From Bosea sp. (in: a-proteobacteria) (GTDB taxonomy: Bacteria; Pseudomonadota; Alphaproteobacteria; Rhizobiales; Beijerinckiaceae): a stretch of 64,000 nucleotides of DNA. Numbering within the stretch: position 1 is the first letter of the stretch; each line of letters begins with the position of its first letter. The stretch is from the NCBI GenBank assembly GCA_033792295.1, contig JARYGW010000002.1, positions 3,146 to 67,145 on the forward strand, given 5' to 3'. Below the pieces are notes generated by a model that worked only from the letters and a program-made list of their open reading frames with translations, had not been told where the DNA came from and did not search any database. Of this stretch, positions 45,851-57,400 are shown one piece after another. Position numbers and translations under genes: made by a program.

Positions 45851-46606
45851 ATGCCTCTGCGTATACTTAGCGAGCCCGATAATCTCCCAGCTTTAGACCA
45901 ACGTTTCGTTCACGCTCGCCCCGGCGTCGGGCTCGCCCCTGACGGACATCCACCGCGAATTCTGTTGCTCTACGGTTCGCTACGAGAACGCTCCTATTCC
46001 CGGCTCGCGACCGAGGAAGCTGCCAGGCTGCTGCAGCGCTTCGGAGCGGAAACACGAATCTTCGATCCGCGCGAGCTGCCGTTCCCCGATCAGATCGCCG
46101 CCGACGACCATCCGGCCATCAAAGAATTGCGCGAACACGCGTTCTGGTCGGAAGGTATGGTCTGGTGCAGCCCCGAACGCCACGGGCAAATTACCGGGCT
46201 CATGAAGGCGCAGATCGACCATCTGCCGCTTAGCATTGGCGGCATGCGCCCGACTCAGGGAAGGACGCTCGCGGTGATGCAGGTCTCCGGGGGCTCGCAG
46301 AGCTTCAATGCGGTGAACACGCTGCGGCTGCTTGGCCGCTGGATGCGGATGTTCACGATCCCCAATCAATCGAGTGTCGCCAAGGCATTCGAGGAATTTG
46401 ACGAAGCTGGCAGGATGAAACCGTCTAGCTATTACGACCGCATCGTGGACGTGATGGAGGAGCTGGTCCGGTTTACCATTTTGATGCGACCTCACGGCTC
46501 GCAGCTCGTTGACCGTTACTCGGAGCGCAAGGCCGCCGGGAAAGTGATCGATCCCAAGACGGACCTGTCTTTAATGGCGATAGCTCCGCAGAGCGAACCG
46601 GCTTGA
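45851..46606 (+). CDS. arsH: ArsH NADPH-dependent FMN reductase
   Basis: [42 protein letters not shown]. Confidence 0.95.
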   Translation: MPLRILSEPDNLPALDQRFVHARPGVGLAPDGHPPRILLLYGSLRERSYSRLATEEAARLLQRFGAETRIFDPRELPFPDQIAADDHPAIKELREHAFWSEGMVWCSPERHGQITGLMKAQIDHLPLSIGGMRPTQGRTLAVMQVSGGSQSFNAVNTLRLLGRWMRMFTIPNQSSVAKAFEEFDEAGRMKPSSYYDRIVDVMEELVRFTILMRPHGSQLVDRYSERKAAGKVIDPKTDLSLMAIAPQSEPA

Positions 46607-47673
46607 CGTCGCGGCATCACAGCGTCGTCATTATTGGCGGCGGGCAGGCGGGTCTTGCAATCGCCTATTACCTACGACGGGCGGATGTTGACTTTGTCAT
46701 TGTGGATGCTGGCACCGGGCCGGGTGGCGCATGGGTTCATACCTGGGATTCGCTACGTCTGTTCTCCCCCGCCGGCTACAGTTCTCTTCCCGGCTGGCCG
46801 ATGACCGCGCTCTACAGCAAAGGTTATCCGAGCCGCGACGAGACGATCGAATATTTAACCCGCTATGAAAAACGGTACGAATTCCCCATCAATCGGCCTC
46901 GCATCGTGGAAGCTATCGAGCACGACGGTGATCTCTTGCGGCTACGCTGCCGCGGCGGAGAACGGTACAGCGCAGCTGCGGTCGTGAGCGCAACCGGCAC
47001 CTGGTCGAAGCCCTACGTCCCGGAATACCCGGGCGCGGCTCTATTCACGGGTACGCAGCTGCATTCCGGGCATTATCGAGACGCTCGGCCCTTTGCTGGT
47101 CAACGCGTCGCGATCGTGGGCGGCGGCAATTCCGGCGCTCAGATACTGGCCGAACTTTCCCTGGTAGCGGAGACGATCTGGATCACCCTGCGGGATCCCA
47201 CCTTCCTTCCGGATGACGTCGATGGCCGGGTGCTGTTCGAACGGGCGACAGCCCGGGTCCGCGGCGCCGATGCAAGCACGACGATCTCCGGTCTGGGCGA
47301 TATTGTCATGTTACCGTCGGTCAAGAGCGCCCGCGATCGTGGCGTTCTAACTGCGGTCAGGCCCTTTGAACGACTGACGCCGACAGGTCTTGCATGGCGC
47401 GACGGAACGGAGAGCGAGCTGGACGCTATCATTTGGTGCACCGGCTTTCTGCCAGCGACAGATCATCTAAAAACACTTGGCATCGTTGCCGCGGACGGGC
47501 GCGTGAAAGTTCTCGATCAACGCGCCGTCGACGAACCGCGGCTTTGGCTCGCCGGCTACGGCAACTGGACCGGAGCAGCGTCCGCGACTCTGATCGGTGC
47601 CGCTCGAACAGCACGTGATCTCGCGCCGCGCATTGTCAATGCACTGGCAGATCACCAGCGTCCTGTCAGATGA
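46603..47673 (+). CDS. ArsO-like flavin-containing monooxygenase
   Basis: [40 protein letters not shown]; coupled to arsH. Confidence 0.8.
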   Translation: MTSRHHSVVIIGGGQAGLAIAYYLRRADVDFVIVDAGTGPGGAWVHTWDSLRLFSPAGYSSLPGWPMTALYSKGYPSRDETIEYLTRYEKRYEFPINRPRIVEAIEHDGDLLRLRCRGGERYSAAAVVSATGTWSKPYVPEYPGAALFTGTQLHSGHYRDARPFAGQRVAIVGGGNSGAQILAELSLVAETIWITLRDPTFLPDDVDGRVLFERATARVRGADASTTISGLGDIVMLPSVKSARDRGVLTAVRPFERLTPTGLAWRDGTESELDAIIWCTGFLPATDHLKTLGIVAADGRVKVLDQRAVDEPRLWLAGYGNWTGAASATLIGAARTARDLAPRIVNALADHQRPVR

Positions 47674-47772
47674 CAATGCCTCGCCCGCGAGCTGTGGGTG
47701 GAAAGCGCATCGCTTACTACGATGCGAACAGCATTCCCAAGACTGCAGCGGGGCGCCTTGCGTCCAAGCGTG

Positions 47773-48591
47773 TCAGATGATCGCGTGTCGAACTTTCGCA
47801 GAGGTCCACTCACTGACGAGAACCGTACCGAGGATCAGGAGAAGGATCAGGGTCACCTGTGGCCAGGCGAGGGTATTGAGGGACGCCTCTAGATTCAGCC
47901 CGATGCCGCCGGCGCCGACGAGGCCAAGTACGGTCGACTCGCGAATATTGATGTCCCAGCGGAAAACCGTAATTCCGGCGAAGGCCGGCATGATCTGCGG
48001 AACGATGCCCCAAGCGAGTGTCTGCGGCCCGGAGGCGCCGGTCGCGCGGATCGCTTCGACTTGGGCTTTGTCGATCTCCTCGATCGCCTCATAAAGCAGC
48101 TTGCCGATGAACCCGATCGACCGCAGCGCGATCGCGATTATGCCAGCGAGCAGACCCGGTCCAAGGATCGAGACGAGAAGCAGCGCCCAAATTATCGCAT
48201 TGATCGAGCGGGATGAGACGATCACGAGGAGCGCGGCCGGACGGACCAGGGTGACGCTCGGCGTCGTATTGCGCGCGGCCAAAAAGGCGATCGGCACGGC
48301 GATCACGATCGCAAGCGCCGTGCCGAGGGTGGCGATGTTCAGTGTATCCCAAAGCGGCTTCACGAGGTTCGGAAAATACGACCAACGGGGCGGCACCATG
48401 CGCGACCCGATGTCGGCCATCTGGGTTGGCGCATCCCAGACGTAGGCCCAGATCGTGCTTTCCGTCATCACGCGCCAGCAGAACGCAGTGAACGCGACGG
48501 CGAGAAGCCAGCCGAGCCAGATCATAAGGTCTGCTCGGGTGGTGCGCCGTCGCCAGAGGGGGCGTCCATCGGGAAGACTGGCGACCGGCAT
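47773..48591 (-). CDS. phnE: Phosphate/phosphonate ABC permease
   Basis: GKLLYEAIEEID, RWDINIREST.LG.VGAGGIG. Confidence 0.9.
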   Translation of the reverse strand: MPVASLPDGRPLWRRRTTRADLMIWLGWLLAVAFTAFCWRVMTESTIWAYVWDAPTQMADIGSRMVPPRWSYFPNLVKPLWDTLNIATLGTALAIVIAVPIAFLAARNTTPSVTLVRPAALLVIVSSRSINAIIWALLLVSILGPGLLAGIIAIALRSIGFIGKLLYEAIEEIDKAQVEAIRATGASGPQTLAWGIVPQIMPAFAGITVFRWDINIRESTVLGLVGAGGIGLNLEASLNTLAWPQVTLILLLILGTVLVSEWTSAKVRHAII

Positions 48592-49397
48592 CACTGCACC
48601 CATTTCCGGATGACGCTCGAGACATATTCGCTGACCATGACGATCGCGATGATCAAGATCAGCACAGCCGCGGCGCTGTCGAACTCGTAGCGGTCGATGG
48701 CCGTGTTGAGGGTGGCGCCGATGCCGCCAGCGCCTACGATTCCGACAACAGCCGACTCGCGAAAATTGATATCGAGGCGATAGAGCGACAGACCGATCAG
48801 CCTTGGCGCCACCTGCGGCAGCACGCCGTAAGAGAGGATCGACGCCCAACCAGCTCCGGTGGCGCGGATCGCCTCGAGCGGAGCAGGATCGATGTCTTCG
48901 ATGTCCTCGGCCAGCAGCTTGGAGAGGAAGCCGATGGTCGCGAAGGACAAGGTGAGGAAGCCCGCGAAAGGGCCAAAGCCGACCATGGCGACGAGGAGGA
49001 TCGCAATGATGATCTCCTGCAGCGAGCGTGACACGGCGATGGTCGCGCGACAGACATAATAGACGGTGCCGGGTACGACATTGCGGGCCGCGCCGACGCC
49101 GATCGGGATGGAGATGGCGATACCGACGGCCGTGGACGTCACCGTCATGGTGAGGCTTTCGATCATGCCTTGCAGGATGTCATCCCAGCGCGTCGAGAAA
49201 TTCGGCCGCAGGAACCCCGCAATGAATCGGCCGCCACGCGCCAGCCCGTCGATCACCCGCGCCCAGTTCACCTCCACCGTACCGAGCGCCAGTGCAAGAT
49301 AGACAGCGACGCCGACGATCAATCCTCGTCGCAGCCACGGATTGGCGATGAGCGGCGGTGGCCGCCAGCGGCGCGCGGTGGTCCCAACGTCTGTCAC
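48591..49397 (-). CDS. phnE: Phosphate/phosphonate ABC permease
   Basis: [27 protein letters not shown]. Confidence 0.9.
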   Translation of the reverse strand: MTDVGTTARRWRPPPLIANPWLRRGLIVGVAVYLALALGTVEVNWARVIDGLARGGRFIAGFLRPNFSTRWDDILQGMIESLTMTVTSTAVGIAISIPIGVGAARNVVPGTVYYVCRATIAVSRSLQEIIIAILLVAMVGFGPFAGFLTLSFATIGFLSKLLAEDIEDIDPAPLEAIRATGAGWASILSYGVLPQVAPRLIGLSLYRLDINFRESAVVGIVGAGGIGATLNTAIDRYEFDSAAAVLILIIAIVMVSEYVSSVIRKWVQ

Positions 49398-50251
49398 AGC
49401 GCCGCAGCCACGCGTTCGGATGAGGTGGAAGCAACGAGCGTCATACGGAGAGAGCCCTCCTCAGCTTGCTCCTCATCCGCCCCGTCGTCGTCCCGGCTGA
49501 TGGTCTTCGACCAGTCTTCTTCGCCATAGATCGTGGTCAGCACGGTGGGATTGAGCGCAGCCGGGGGGCCGTCGAACACGATGCGGCCGGCCTTCAGGCC
49601 GACGATGCGCTGCACGAACATCTGGGCGAGCGCCACATCGTGGATGTTGACAACGGCCGCGAGGCCGCGCTCGGCACAAACCTCGACCAGAAGCCGCATG
49701 ATCTGGCGGGAGGTCTTTGGATCGAGGCTCGCCGTCGGCTCGTCGACGAGCAGAATATCGGGCTCCTGCACCAACGCGCGGGCAATACCGACCCGTTGGC
49801 GCTGACCGCCGGAGAGCTCATCGGCGCGCTTGTCGACGTGATCAATGAGGCCAACCCTCTCCAGCACGGCGAAGGCGCGGTCGATATCGGCCTGGGGAAA
49901 TCGTCGAAACCAGGAGCGCCAGAAGCCGACATAGCCGAGCCGACCTGAGAGTACGTTCTCCATGACTGAGAGGCGCTCGACCAAGGCAAATTCCTGAAAG
50001 ATCATGCCCATGCGCCGCCGGGCGCGGCGTAAGCCGGCCCGGCCGAGCCCAGTGATCTCCGTCTCGCTAAGATGGATCCGGCCGGCGGTTGGTTCGACCA
50101 ACCGGTTGACGCACCGAATGAGCGTCGATTTGCCCGCCCCGGACGGCCCGATCAGGCCGAGCACCTGGCCGACCGGAACAGCGAGATCGACGGCATCGAG
50201 AGCCTTGTCGCCCTTCTCATAGCGCTTGGAGAGGCCTTCGATAATCAGCAT
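49394..50251 (-). CDS. phnC: Phosphate/phosphonate ABC ATPase
   Basis: [33 protein letters not shown]. Confidence 0.92.
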   Translation of the reverse strand: MLIIEGLSKRYEKGDKALDAVDLAVPVGQVLGLIGPSGAGKSTLIRCVNRLVEPTAGRIHLSETEITGLGRAGLRRARRRMGMIFQEFALVERLSVMENVLSGRLGYVGFWRSWFRRFPQADIDRAFAVLERVGLIDHVDKRADELSGGQRQRVGIARALVQEPDILLVDEPTASLDPKTSRQIMRLLVEVCAERGLAAVVNIHDVALAQMFVQRIVGLKAGRIVFDGPPAALNPTVLTTIYGEEDWSKTISRDDDGADEEQAEEGSLRMTLVASTSSERVAAAL

Positions 50252-50276
50252 GCCGCCGCATCCCAGTCGTTGCGCA

Positions 50277-51245
50277 TCATTTGCAGGCGTAGCTGACGCC
50301 CATCGCCTCATCGATCTGACGGATCACCGCCCAATTATCTTTGAAGGTGATCGGAATGAACGCTTCTTGCGGCGGCTCGGACGTCTGGAATTCCTTTAGG
50401 AGTGCAGTGCCTTCCCATTTGAAGGTGCGGAACGCTTCCTTGATCTTCTCCGCGAGTTCCGGCTTCAGGTTATAGACATAGCCATAACCGGTGGTGGGAA
50501 AGGTCTGCGATTTATAGATCGTCACGATCTGCTCGGGCTTGACCACGCCGCGGGCGATCATGCGCTTCATCACGGAGTTGGCCACCGCTGCAGCGGGATA
50601 ATCCTTGTTGGCGACTCCGAGGATCGAGTTGTCGTGTTTGCCCGAGAAGACGGGCTCGTAGTCCTTTCCAGCGACGAGCTTGAACTGCGAGCCGAGCAAT
50701 GCGGACGGCGCCTTGTAACCCGAGTTCGACGTCTCGGCGGTGAAGGCCATCTTCTTGCCCCTGATGTCCTCGACCTTGGTGATCCCCGAGCCCGGATAGG
50801 TAATTATCTCCATCTCGTAGCCGAACTCACCGGTCTTCGACGCCATCATGGTGAAGGGCACGAACCCGGAGCAGGCGACCGCGATCGGATTGGACCCGGT
50901 ATTGAAACCCGCCACGTGAAGCCGGCCCGCGCGCATCGCCTCGAGCTGCGCCGCGTTCGATTGAACGGGGAAGAACTGTACTTTCTTGCCGGTTGTCTTG
51001 GCGAGATGGTCGAGAAACTCCGTCCATACTTTGGCGTACACCGCCGGGTCTTCGACAGGCGTGTAGGCAAAGATCAGCGTATCCGGATCGATCAGCTTCG
51101 ACGGATCAGTCGGCGTGTCGGCGACCATGTCGCCATTCGCGTCTGTGAACCGCGCATCGAGCTTGAATTCTGCTTTTGCCGCTCCAGCGCAAAGGCCTGA
51201 GACTACGAGAGCAGTTAGGGCAGCCACGACACATTTGCTCAACAT
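50277..51245 (-). CDS. phnD: PhnD-family periplasmic binding protein
   Basis: Signal peptide; [26 protein letters not shown]. Confidence 0.88.
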   Translation of the reverse strand: MLSKCVVAALTALVVSGLCAGAAKAEFKLDARFTDANGDMVADTPTDPSKLIDPDTLIFAYTPVEDPAVYAKVWTEFLDHLAKTTGKKVQFFPVQSNAAQLEAMRAGRLHVAGFNTGSNPIAVACSGFVPFTMMASKTGEFGYEMEIITYPGSGITKVEDIRGKKMAFTAETSNSGYKAPSALLGSQFKLVAGKDYEPVFSGKHDNSILGVANKDYPAAAVANSVMKRMIARGVVKPEQIVTIYKSQTFPTTGYGYVYNLKPELAEKIKEAFRTFKWEGTALLKEFQTSEPPQEAFIPITFKDNWAVIRQIDEAMGVSYACK

Positions 51246-51964
51246 GACTTTAGTTCTCTCTGTTCATCCAAAGGAGGGGCCGCATTCGTCGACGTCCGTG
51301 GGCGCTCGCCTGCATCAAACGCGTATCCGACACCGCGGACCGTGCGAATCAAGTCCCGGTCGCGACGCTGATTCAGCGCTTTTCGCAATCGACCAACATG
51401 GACGTCGACCGTTCTTTCATCGATGTCGTTCTTACTTTCCCACACTGCTGCGAGAAGCTGCTCACGCGTCATAACGTGATCAGGATTTTGGAGTAGTACC
51501 TGCAAAAGCCGAAATTCGGTTGGACCGAGATGAATCTCGCGGCCCCGTCGATAGACGCGATGGGTCATGGGATCGAGTTCGACGTCGCTCGCCCGCACTA
51601 TGGTCTCAGTGTGCCCGGAATTACTGCGGCTTTGACCCGCTAGGTCTCCTGGAACGAGCTGTCCGGAGGCACAGACGTTGAAGCACACGACATCTTCCCG
51701 CAGATAAGGGCGGCCGTCATCGGCGACGGCGACACGCGCCGGTACCCACTCCGTGACATCCCGTCGGGACACATGACGATACACATCGCAATCGAGCGGT
51801 TGGGTCAGAGCGCCAGCCTGACAATCATCGCTCCGTCCCGCGACATGCTCGCAAGTGTCACTATCGACAATCACGAGAGCCACTTGATGCGTCAGAAACT
51901 TGCTGACCGGCTGCAAAAGGAGTCTGAGCGAGTCCGGGTCTTGGATAATGAGAAGACGGACCAT
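51239..51964 (-). CDS. phoB: PhoB-like regulator: intact winged-helix domain, highly divergent Cys-rich N-terminal domain
   Basis: HLGPTEFRLL, REQLL..VW, DERTVDVHVGRLRKAL, IRTVRGVGY; receiver motifs not recognisable. Confidence 0.7.
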   Translation of the reverse strand: MVRLLIIQDPDSLRLLLQPVSKFLTHQVALVIVDSDTCEHVAGRSDDCQAGALTQPLDCDVYRHVSRRDVTEWVPARVAVADDGRPYLREDVVCFNVCASGQLVPGDLAGQSRSNSGHTETIVRASDVELDPMTHRVYRRGREIHLGPTEFRLLQVLLQNPDHVMTREQLLAAVWESKNDIDERTVDVHVGRLRKALNQRRDRDLIRTVRGVGYAFDAGERPRTSTNAAPPLDEQRELKSC

Positions 51965-51977
51965 CTGTCCCGCTTCC

Positions 51978-52718
51978 TCACGTTCCCGTATTCGGATCAG
52001 ATCCCGGATGGAGTGTGCTGCTTGTGTCGAGCTTCTTACGCTCCTCAGCTGGAATTGCTCCGGTGACGATGAAATAGACGTCTTCAGAGATGTTCGTAAC
52101 GTGATCGCCAATACGTTCGATATTCTTCGCGCAGAAGAGTAGATGCGCTGTTCCCGCAATATCCTTATAGGTGCGCGCGATATACTCGATCGACTCCTTG
52201 AAAAATGCCGTATTCAAGAGATCGATTTCACTATCCGCATCGCGGATTGCCATTGCTCGCGTCGCGTCGCGATCGGCGTAAGCGGCGAGAACATGCCGGA
52301 GCTGAGTTTGTGCGAGTGTGCTCATCTGCTGGAGTCGTGCGGCGAGATCCTGATGCGGCGGCTCGCTACCGAGAGCCACCGCCCGCTTGGCGATGTTCTT
52401 CGCCAAGTCACCGATACGCTCCAGCTCAGAACCGATCCGCACGGCAGCCATTATGTCCCGCAGATCGACCGCCAAGGGCTGCCGGCGAGCAATGATCTGA
52501 ACTGCCTCGTGCTCGACGAGTGCCTCAAGGGCGTCGACCTGCGCATCCTGTTCGATGACCTTCACTGCGGCCGCGGCGTCATGGGTTACGAGCGCACGGG
52601 TGGCATCGACGAAGGCGGCGTCGACCAGCGTGCCCATCTGCAGAAGATGGTCTCTCAACAAATTCAGGTCGGCGTCAAACGAACTGACAGTGTGCTTCAC
52701 TGTGGACATGTCCATCAC
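51978..52718 (-). CDS. phoU: Phosphate signalling protein PhoU
   Basis: IARRQPLAVDLR, ELERIGDLAKNIA, KNIERIGDH. Confidence 0.95.
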   Translation of the reverse strand: MMDMSTVKHTVSSFDADLNLLRDHLLQMGTLVDAAFVDATRALVTHDAAAAVKVIEQDAQVDALEALVEHEAVQIIARRQPLAVDLRDIMAAVRIGSELERIGDLAKNIAKRAVALGSEPPHQDLAARLQQMSTLAQTQLRHVLAAYADRDATRAMAIRDADSEIDLLNTAFFKESIEYIARTYKDIAGTAHLLFCAKNIERIGDHVTNISEDVYFIVTGAIPAEERKKLDTSSTLHPGSDPNTGT

Positions 52719-52755
52719 CTCTCTTCTGGCTACGTTGTTATGGTGGAGGATCCGG

Positions 52756-53562
52756 TCAGCCGAAACGGCCGGTGATGTACTCTTCTGTTCTTTTATCTTT
52801 CGGATTGTTGAATATCTCTGACGTATTGCCGTATTCGATGAGTTCCCCGAGGTACATGAAAGCTGTGTTGCTTGAGATACGCGCGGCTTGCTGCATGTTG
52901 TGGGTGACGATAACGATCGTAAATTCAGTTTTGAGGGTGTCGATAAGCTCCTCGATACGGGCGGTTGAGATCGGATCGAGTGCTGAGGTCGGTTCGTCGA
53001 GAAGTAAGACCTCAGGACGCAAGGCGATGCCGCGCGCGATGCAGAGCCGCTGCTGCTGTCCTCCCGAAAGGCTCAGCCCACTTGCCGTAAGCTTGTTCTT
53101 GACCTCATCCCAAAGTGCCGCTTGGCGCAGAGCGGCTTCGACGCGTCCGTCCATCTCACTGCGAGACAGCCGCTCATAGTGGCGAATTCCGTAGGCCACG
53201 TTTTCGTAGATCGACATTGGAAACGGGACAGGTTTTTGAAAGACCATGCCAACCCGGGCGCGCAGGCGGCTCATGGGATAGCGAGGATCAAGAATGTCAT
53301 CGCCGTCCAGCAGCACCTTTCCTGTCGCATGCTGCTTCGGGTAGATCATGTAAATGCGATTGAGAATCCGCAGCAAGGTGGACTTTCCGCAACCGGACGG
53401 GCCGATCAGGGCGGAAACCTGCTTCTCTGGGAAAATGAGGCTGACATCATGTACGGCGCGGGATTGGCCGTAGAAGAAGCTCACATTGTCGAGCACGAGT
53501 TTTGGCTGAGCGGTGATAGGAGCGGACATCTGCTCCACCTGACGTTGGCCTAGGTTAAGCAT
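52756..53562 (-). CDS. pstB: Phosphate ABC ATPase
   Basis: [43 protein letters not shown]. Confidence 0.96.
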   Translation of the reverse strand: MLNLGQRQVEQMSAPITAQPKLVLDNVSFFYGQSRAVHDVSLIFPEKQVSALIGPSGCGKSTLLRILNRIYMIYPKQHATGKVLLDGDDILDPRYPMSRLRARVGMVFQKPVPFPMSIYENVAYGIRHYERLSRSEMDGRVEAALRQAALWDEVKNKLTASGLSLSGGQQQRLCIARGIALRPEVLLLDEPTSALDPISTARIEELIDTLKTEFTIVIVTHNMQQAARISSNTAFMYLGELIEYGNTSEIFNNPKDKRTEEYITGRFG

Positions 53563-54412
53563 TGTCGGATTTCCTCGGATTGAGAATCGTACGGGAGATG
53601 ATGCTGAGCGCGAGCACAAACAGCGTCATGACAAAGGCGCCGGCCCAGGCCAATGTGTGCCAGGCGTCGTAAGGGCTCATTGCATATTGGAAGATGACGA
53701 CAGGAATATTCGCCATCGGCTCCGACAAACTGCTCGTCCAATACTGGTTGTTAAGCGCAGTGAAGAGGAGCGGCGCCGTTTCGCCCGAAATTCGGGCGAT
53801 CGCCAAGAGTACGCCGGTCAGGATCCCTGCCTTGGCGGCCCGATAGAGGATATGGTTGATCATCTTCCACCGCGGGATGCCGAGCGAGAGCGCGGCCTCG
53901 CGCATGACGTCGGGGACCAGGCGCAGCATTTCGTCGGTCGTGCGGACCACGACGGGCAGCAAGATGAACGCGAGGGCGATGCCGCCGGCATAGGCAGAGA
54001 AATGCCCCGCCTGTCGGACGACGAGCTCATAAACGAAGAGGCCGATGACGATCGACGGCGCGCTCAGCAGAATGTCGTTAACGAAGCGGATGACTTCGCC
54101 GAGCCGGCTCCCGCGTGCATACTCGGCCAAGAAAGTTCCTGCCGCGATACCGATAGGGCTGCCAATCACGACGGCCATCAGCACCATCACGAAGCTGCCG
54201 AAGAAGGCATTAAGCAATCCACCATCCTGGCCAGGCGGCGGTGTCATCTCCGTAAACAGTTTCACGTTCAAAGCGCCGAGACCCTGGAGAAAGGTTGTTC
54301 CAAGAATCCAAGCCAGCCAGACGAGGCCGAACGCGGTTGCTAGCGTTGCGAGCGTAAGAGCCGCGATGCTGACAGCTTGGCGGCGCCGATGAAGGGATTC
54401 AGCAGTGGTCAT
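53555..54412 (-). CDS. pstA: Phosphate ABC permease
   Basis: [27 protein letters not shown]. Confidence 0.95.
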   Translation of the reverse strand: MTTAESLHRRRQAVSIAALTLATLATAFGLVWLAWILGTTFLQGLGALNVKLFTEMTPPPGQDGGLLNAFFGSFVMVLMAVVIGSPIGIAAGTFLAEYARGSRLGEVIRFVNDILLSAPSIVIGLFVYELVVRQAGHFSAYAGGIALAFILLPVVVRTTDEMLRLVPDVMREAALSLGIPRWKMINHILYRAAKAGILTGVLLAIARISGETAPLLFTALNNQYWTSSLSEPMANIPVVIFQYAMSPYDAWHTLAWAGAFVMTLFVLALSIISRTILNPRKSDNA

Positions 54413-54413
54413 A

Positions 54414-55409
54414 TCATTCCCCCTTCTGCCTTGCGACGCGCTGGAGCATCAGCTTGGCGACGGCGAGCACGATGAAGGTCACGATGAAGAGAACGAAGCC
54501 CAGTGCGATCAGCGAGGAGAGATAGATGTCGGAATCCGCCTCGGTGAATTCATTTGCAATTGCTGCGGCGATAGAGTTCCCCGGCTGCATCAGGGAGATA
54601 CTAAGATTGTGGGCGTTGCCAAGGACGAAGGTTACCGCCATCGTCTCGCCGAGCGCACGCCCGAGCCCGAGGAAGATACCTCCGACCACGGCCGTGCGGG
54701 TGTAAGGAATCACAACGTCCTTCACGACCTCCCATTTCGTGCTCCCGAGCGCGTAGGCGGATTCCTTGAGCGCTTGAGGGACCACGAGGAAGACGTCACG
54801 CATCACTGCCGTTATGAAGGGAATGACCATAATGCCAAGGATGATGCCTGCGGTGAGCATACCGATGCCCATGGGGGCACCGTCGAAGAGCGGTCCAATG
54901 ATCGGCAACGGTCCGATGTGATCGATCAACCACGGCTGCACGTGATCCGACATGAAAGGAACGAAGGTGAAAAGACCCCACATGCCGTAGATGATGCTGG
55001 GAATGCCGGCCAAGAGCTCAATGGCGGTACCGACAGGTCCGCGCATCCATCGGGGCGCGACCTCGGTGAGAAAGACCGCAATTCCGAGACTGATCGGAAC
55101 AGCTATGATCATCGAGATGAGCGAAGTGATGATCGTGCCGTAGATGGGAACGAAGGCCGCGAACTGACGGCTGACGGGATCCCATTCGGTCCCATAAAAG
55201 AAGCGCCATCCGAACGTCTGAAATGCCAGCCGCCCGCCCCAGGCCATGGAGAGCGCCGCAGCGCCAAGCGCAATCAATACGAAGAACGCAGCTCCTGCGA
55301 CCACCCAATAAAACAGCCGATCTGCTGCGGTGTCGGAGATCCAAGTCGTCCGGTTAGTTTCCGATTGAGAAGCAGGTGTATCAAGGGCCACGACGGCTCT
55401 GTTATTCAT
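54414..55409 (-). CDS. pstC: Phosphate ABC permease
   Basis: ELLAGIPSIIYGMWG, GLGRALGETMAV. Confidence 0.95.
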   Translation of the reverse strand: MNNRAVVALDTPASQSETNRTTWISDTAADRLFYWVVAGAAFFVLIALGAAALSMAWGGRLAFQTFGWRFFYGTEWDPVSRQFAAFVPIYGTIITSLISMIIAVPISLGIAVFLTEVAPRWMRGPVGTAIELLAGIPSIIYGMWGLFTFVPFMSDHVQPWLIDHIGPLPIIGPLFDGAPMGIGMLTAGIILGIMVIPFITAVMRDVFLVVPQALKESAYALGSTKWEVVKDVVIPYTRTAVVGGIFLGLGRALGETMAVTFVLGNAHNLSISLMQPGNSIAAAIANEFTEADSDIYLSSLIALGFVLFIVTFIVLAVAKLMLQRVARQKGE

Positions 55410-55451
55410 AGGAGGCTTCCATGCTTTCAGGACCGGCGGAGCCGTAGGGAG

Positions 55452-55491
55452 GGCCGCTGCAGGAGCGCGGGGACGCGGCCCTGCAGCGGCC
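55452..55491 (-). terminator. Stem-loop between pstS and pstC (mRNA stabiliser or attenuator)
   Basis: GGCCGCTGCAGG/CCTGCAGCGGCC inverted repeat. Confidence 0.55.
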
Positions 55492-55500
55492 TATTCGACC

Positions 55501-56526
55501 TCAGCTTTTGAATTCAGCGGTCCAATAAGCTTCGATCAGCTTGGTCAGACCCTCGGGAAGCGGCACGTAGTCGAGCTCCACCGCCTGCTTCTGGCCTTCC
55601 TCAAGCGCCCATTTGTAGAATTTGAACGCTTCTTGCGAACGCGCAGCGTCCTTCGGTTGCTTGTACATGATCACGAAGACCGTGGCCGTGACGGGATAAG
55701 CGTTGTCACCAGGCGCGTCCGTCATGACCAGATAGAAGTCTTTCGCCTTGGCCCAGTCAGCGCTCGCAGCAGCAGCTTGGAAGCTTTCATTGTCCGGCTT
55801 GACGAATTTCCCAGCTTTGTTTTGGACCGCGCCGAACGTCATCTTGTTCTGAAGGACGTAGGCATATTCGACGTAGCCGATCGAGTTCTTGATGCGATTG
55901 ACGTACGCTGCCACACCTTCGTTGCCTTTGCCGCCAACGCCGGTCGGCCAGGATACGGAGGTGCCTTCTCCGACTTTGGTCTTCCACTCGTCACTGACTT
56001 TCGAAAGGTAATTCACCCAGTTGAAGGTTGTGCCCGAGCCGTCAGAGCGATGAACGACGGTGATCTTGCCAGCGGGAAGCTTCAAGTCGGGATTGAGCTT
56101 GGCAATCGCCGGATCATTCCAATCGGTGATCTTGCCGAGATAGATGTCGGCGAGCAGCGGACCGGTGAACTTGATCTCGCCCGGCTTCACGCCCTCGATA
56201 TTGACGACCGGCACCACGCCGCCGATAACGAGTGGAAATTGCCCCATGCCGAGTTCCCGAAGCTCGTCGGGCTTCATCGGCATGTCGGACGCGCCGAAGT
56301 CGACGGTCGCCGCCTTGATCTGGGCGATGCCGCCACCTGACCCGATCGATTGGTAGTTGAGCTTGTTGCCGGTCTTCTGATTGTAGTCCGCAGACCATTT
56401 CGAGAGGATCGGATAAACGAAGGTGGAGCCGGCGCCCGTGATATCCGCAGCATAGCCTGCGGTCGTGGCAGCGGCGAGCATCACCAAGCCAAGGCTGATA
56501 CAGTTTAAGTTCTGACGGATATTCAC
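55501..56526 (-). CDS. pstS: Phosphate-binding protein PstS
   Basis: GAGSTF.YP, YQSIGSGGG, DFGASD, HRSDGSGTT, GGKGNEGV. Confidence 0.96.
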   Translation of the reverse strand: MNIRQNLNCISLGLVMLAAATTAGYAADITGAGSTFVYPILSKWSADYNQKTGNKLNYQSIGSGGGIAQIKAATVDFGASDMPMKPDELRELGMGQFPLVIGGVVPVVNIEGVKPGEIKFTGPLLADIYLGKITDWNDPAIAKLNPDLKLPAGKITVVHRSDGSGTTFNWVNYLSKVSDEWKTKVGEGTSVSWPTGVGGKGNEGVAAYVNRIKNSIGYVEYAYVLQNKMTFGAVQNKAGKFVKPDNESFQAAAASADWAKAKDFYLVMTDAPGDNAYPVTATVFVIMYKQPKDAARSQEAFKFYKWALEEGQKQAVELDYVPLPEGLTKLIEAYWTAEFKS

Positions 56527-56671
56527 AGTCGCTCTCTCCTGTTTCTGATATCGACCGTCATCACCGCTTCGCGGCAGATCGGCCGAGATGATCTCGTTGA
56601 ACGTCTCAGATTGAACTTCGCGCGGTGCAGCGAATGACCACCCCGCGACATCGGTTTTTTACTTTGCGTTC

Positions 56672-56689
56672 GTGACACTTCGATGACAA
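56672..56689 (-). promoter_or_regulatory. Pho box upstream of pstS
   Basis: Minus strand TTGTCAT-CGAA-GTGTCAC vs consensus CTGTCAT-N4-CTGTCAY. Confidence 0.75.
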
Positions 56690-56709
56690 AAAGAGAAAAA
56701 GTCCTGTAG

Positions 56710-56722
56710 TATCAGTATGTTA
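56710..56722 (+). promoter_or_regulatory. IHF-consensus site next to the Pho box
   Basis: TATCAGTATGTTA fits WATCARNNNNTTR with an A-tract upstream. Confidence 0.4.
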
Positions 56723-56844
56723 GATCACAGCAAAACGCGCTCGCCGTCACGGCGAGGACCATGACGCTGACCGATTGTGTTCATTGCACCGGCGCCTGGA
56801 CGTGCGACCACGCTCCCCACTTGATTTGCTGTGGGCGCCTTGAC

Positions 56845-57372
56845 CTACAGGGCTGCGACGGCGCGTGATTTCTCGGTAGCCCCCTCAGAGTCAGATCCAA
56901 TCTCCGCCAGAGCGCGCTTCAGCGCCGGGCCCTCAAGTCCGTCGGACAAGGACAACAGTCGATCGATCCGTTGCTCCAGTAGATCGTAAGCGCGAGCAAA
57001 GGCTGCGCGGCGCTGCGTATCATCGCCACTCACGGTCGACGGATCGGCAATGCCCCAATGCGCAGAAGCCGGGCGACCTGGCCAAAGTGGGCAACTTTCG
57101 CCTGCCGCATTGTCGCAAACTGTAATGATGATGTGCATCTCCGGCGCGCCGGGCGCAGCAAACGCGTCCCAGGATTTCGAGCACAACCCTTCGATCGAAT
57201 GACCTCGCTCGGCAAGCAACGCCAGTCCATCCGGATTAGGCGCGCCGCTTGGAGCGCTTCCAGCTGAATAGGCCCGAAAGCGGTCGCCACCTTTGGAATT
57301 GAGAATGGCCTCCGCCAGGATCGACCGAGCGGAATTGTGGGTGCACAGAAAGAGGACATTATGGGCGGTCAT
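56845..57372 (-). CDS. arsC: Arsenate reductase, thioredoxin/LMW-PTPase type
   Basis: LFLCTHNSARS, SKSWD, ITVCD.AA.ESCP.WPG, HWG..DP. Confidence 0.92.
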   Translation of the reverse strand: MTAHNVLFLCTHNSARSILAEAILNSKGGDRFRAYSAGSAPSGAPNPDGLALLAERGHSIEGLCSKSWDAFAAPGAPEMHIIITVCDNAAGESCPLWPGRPASAHWGIADPSTVSGDDTQRRAAFARAYDLLEQRIDRLLSLSDGLEGPALKRALAEIGSDSEGATEKSRAVAAL

Positions 57373-57400
57373 CATTACTCCGAATCGTTTGAGCGAGGGT

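Noticed and set aside
47773-51245. Phosphonate catabolism or phosphite oxidation operon
   Set aside because: No phnG-M or ptxD adjacent; only the transporter is present, downstream of pst/pho
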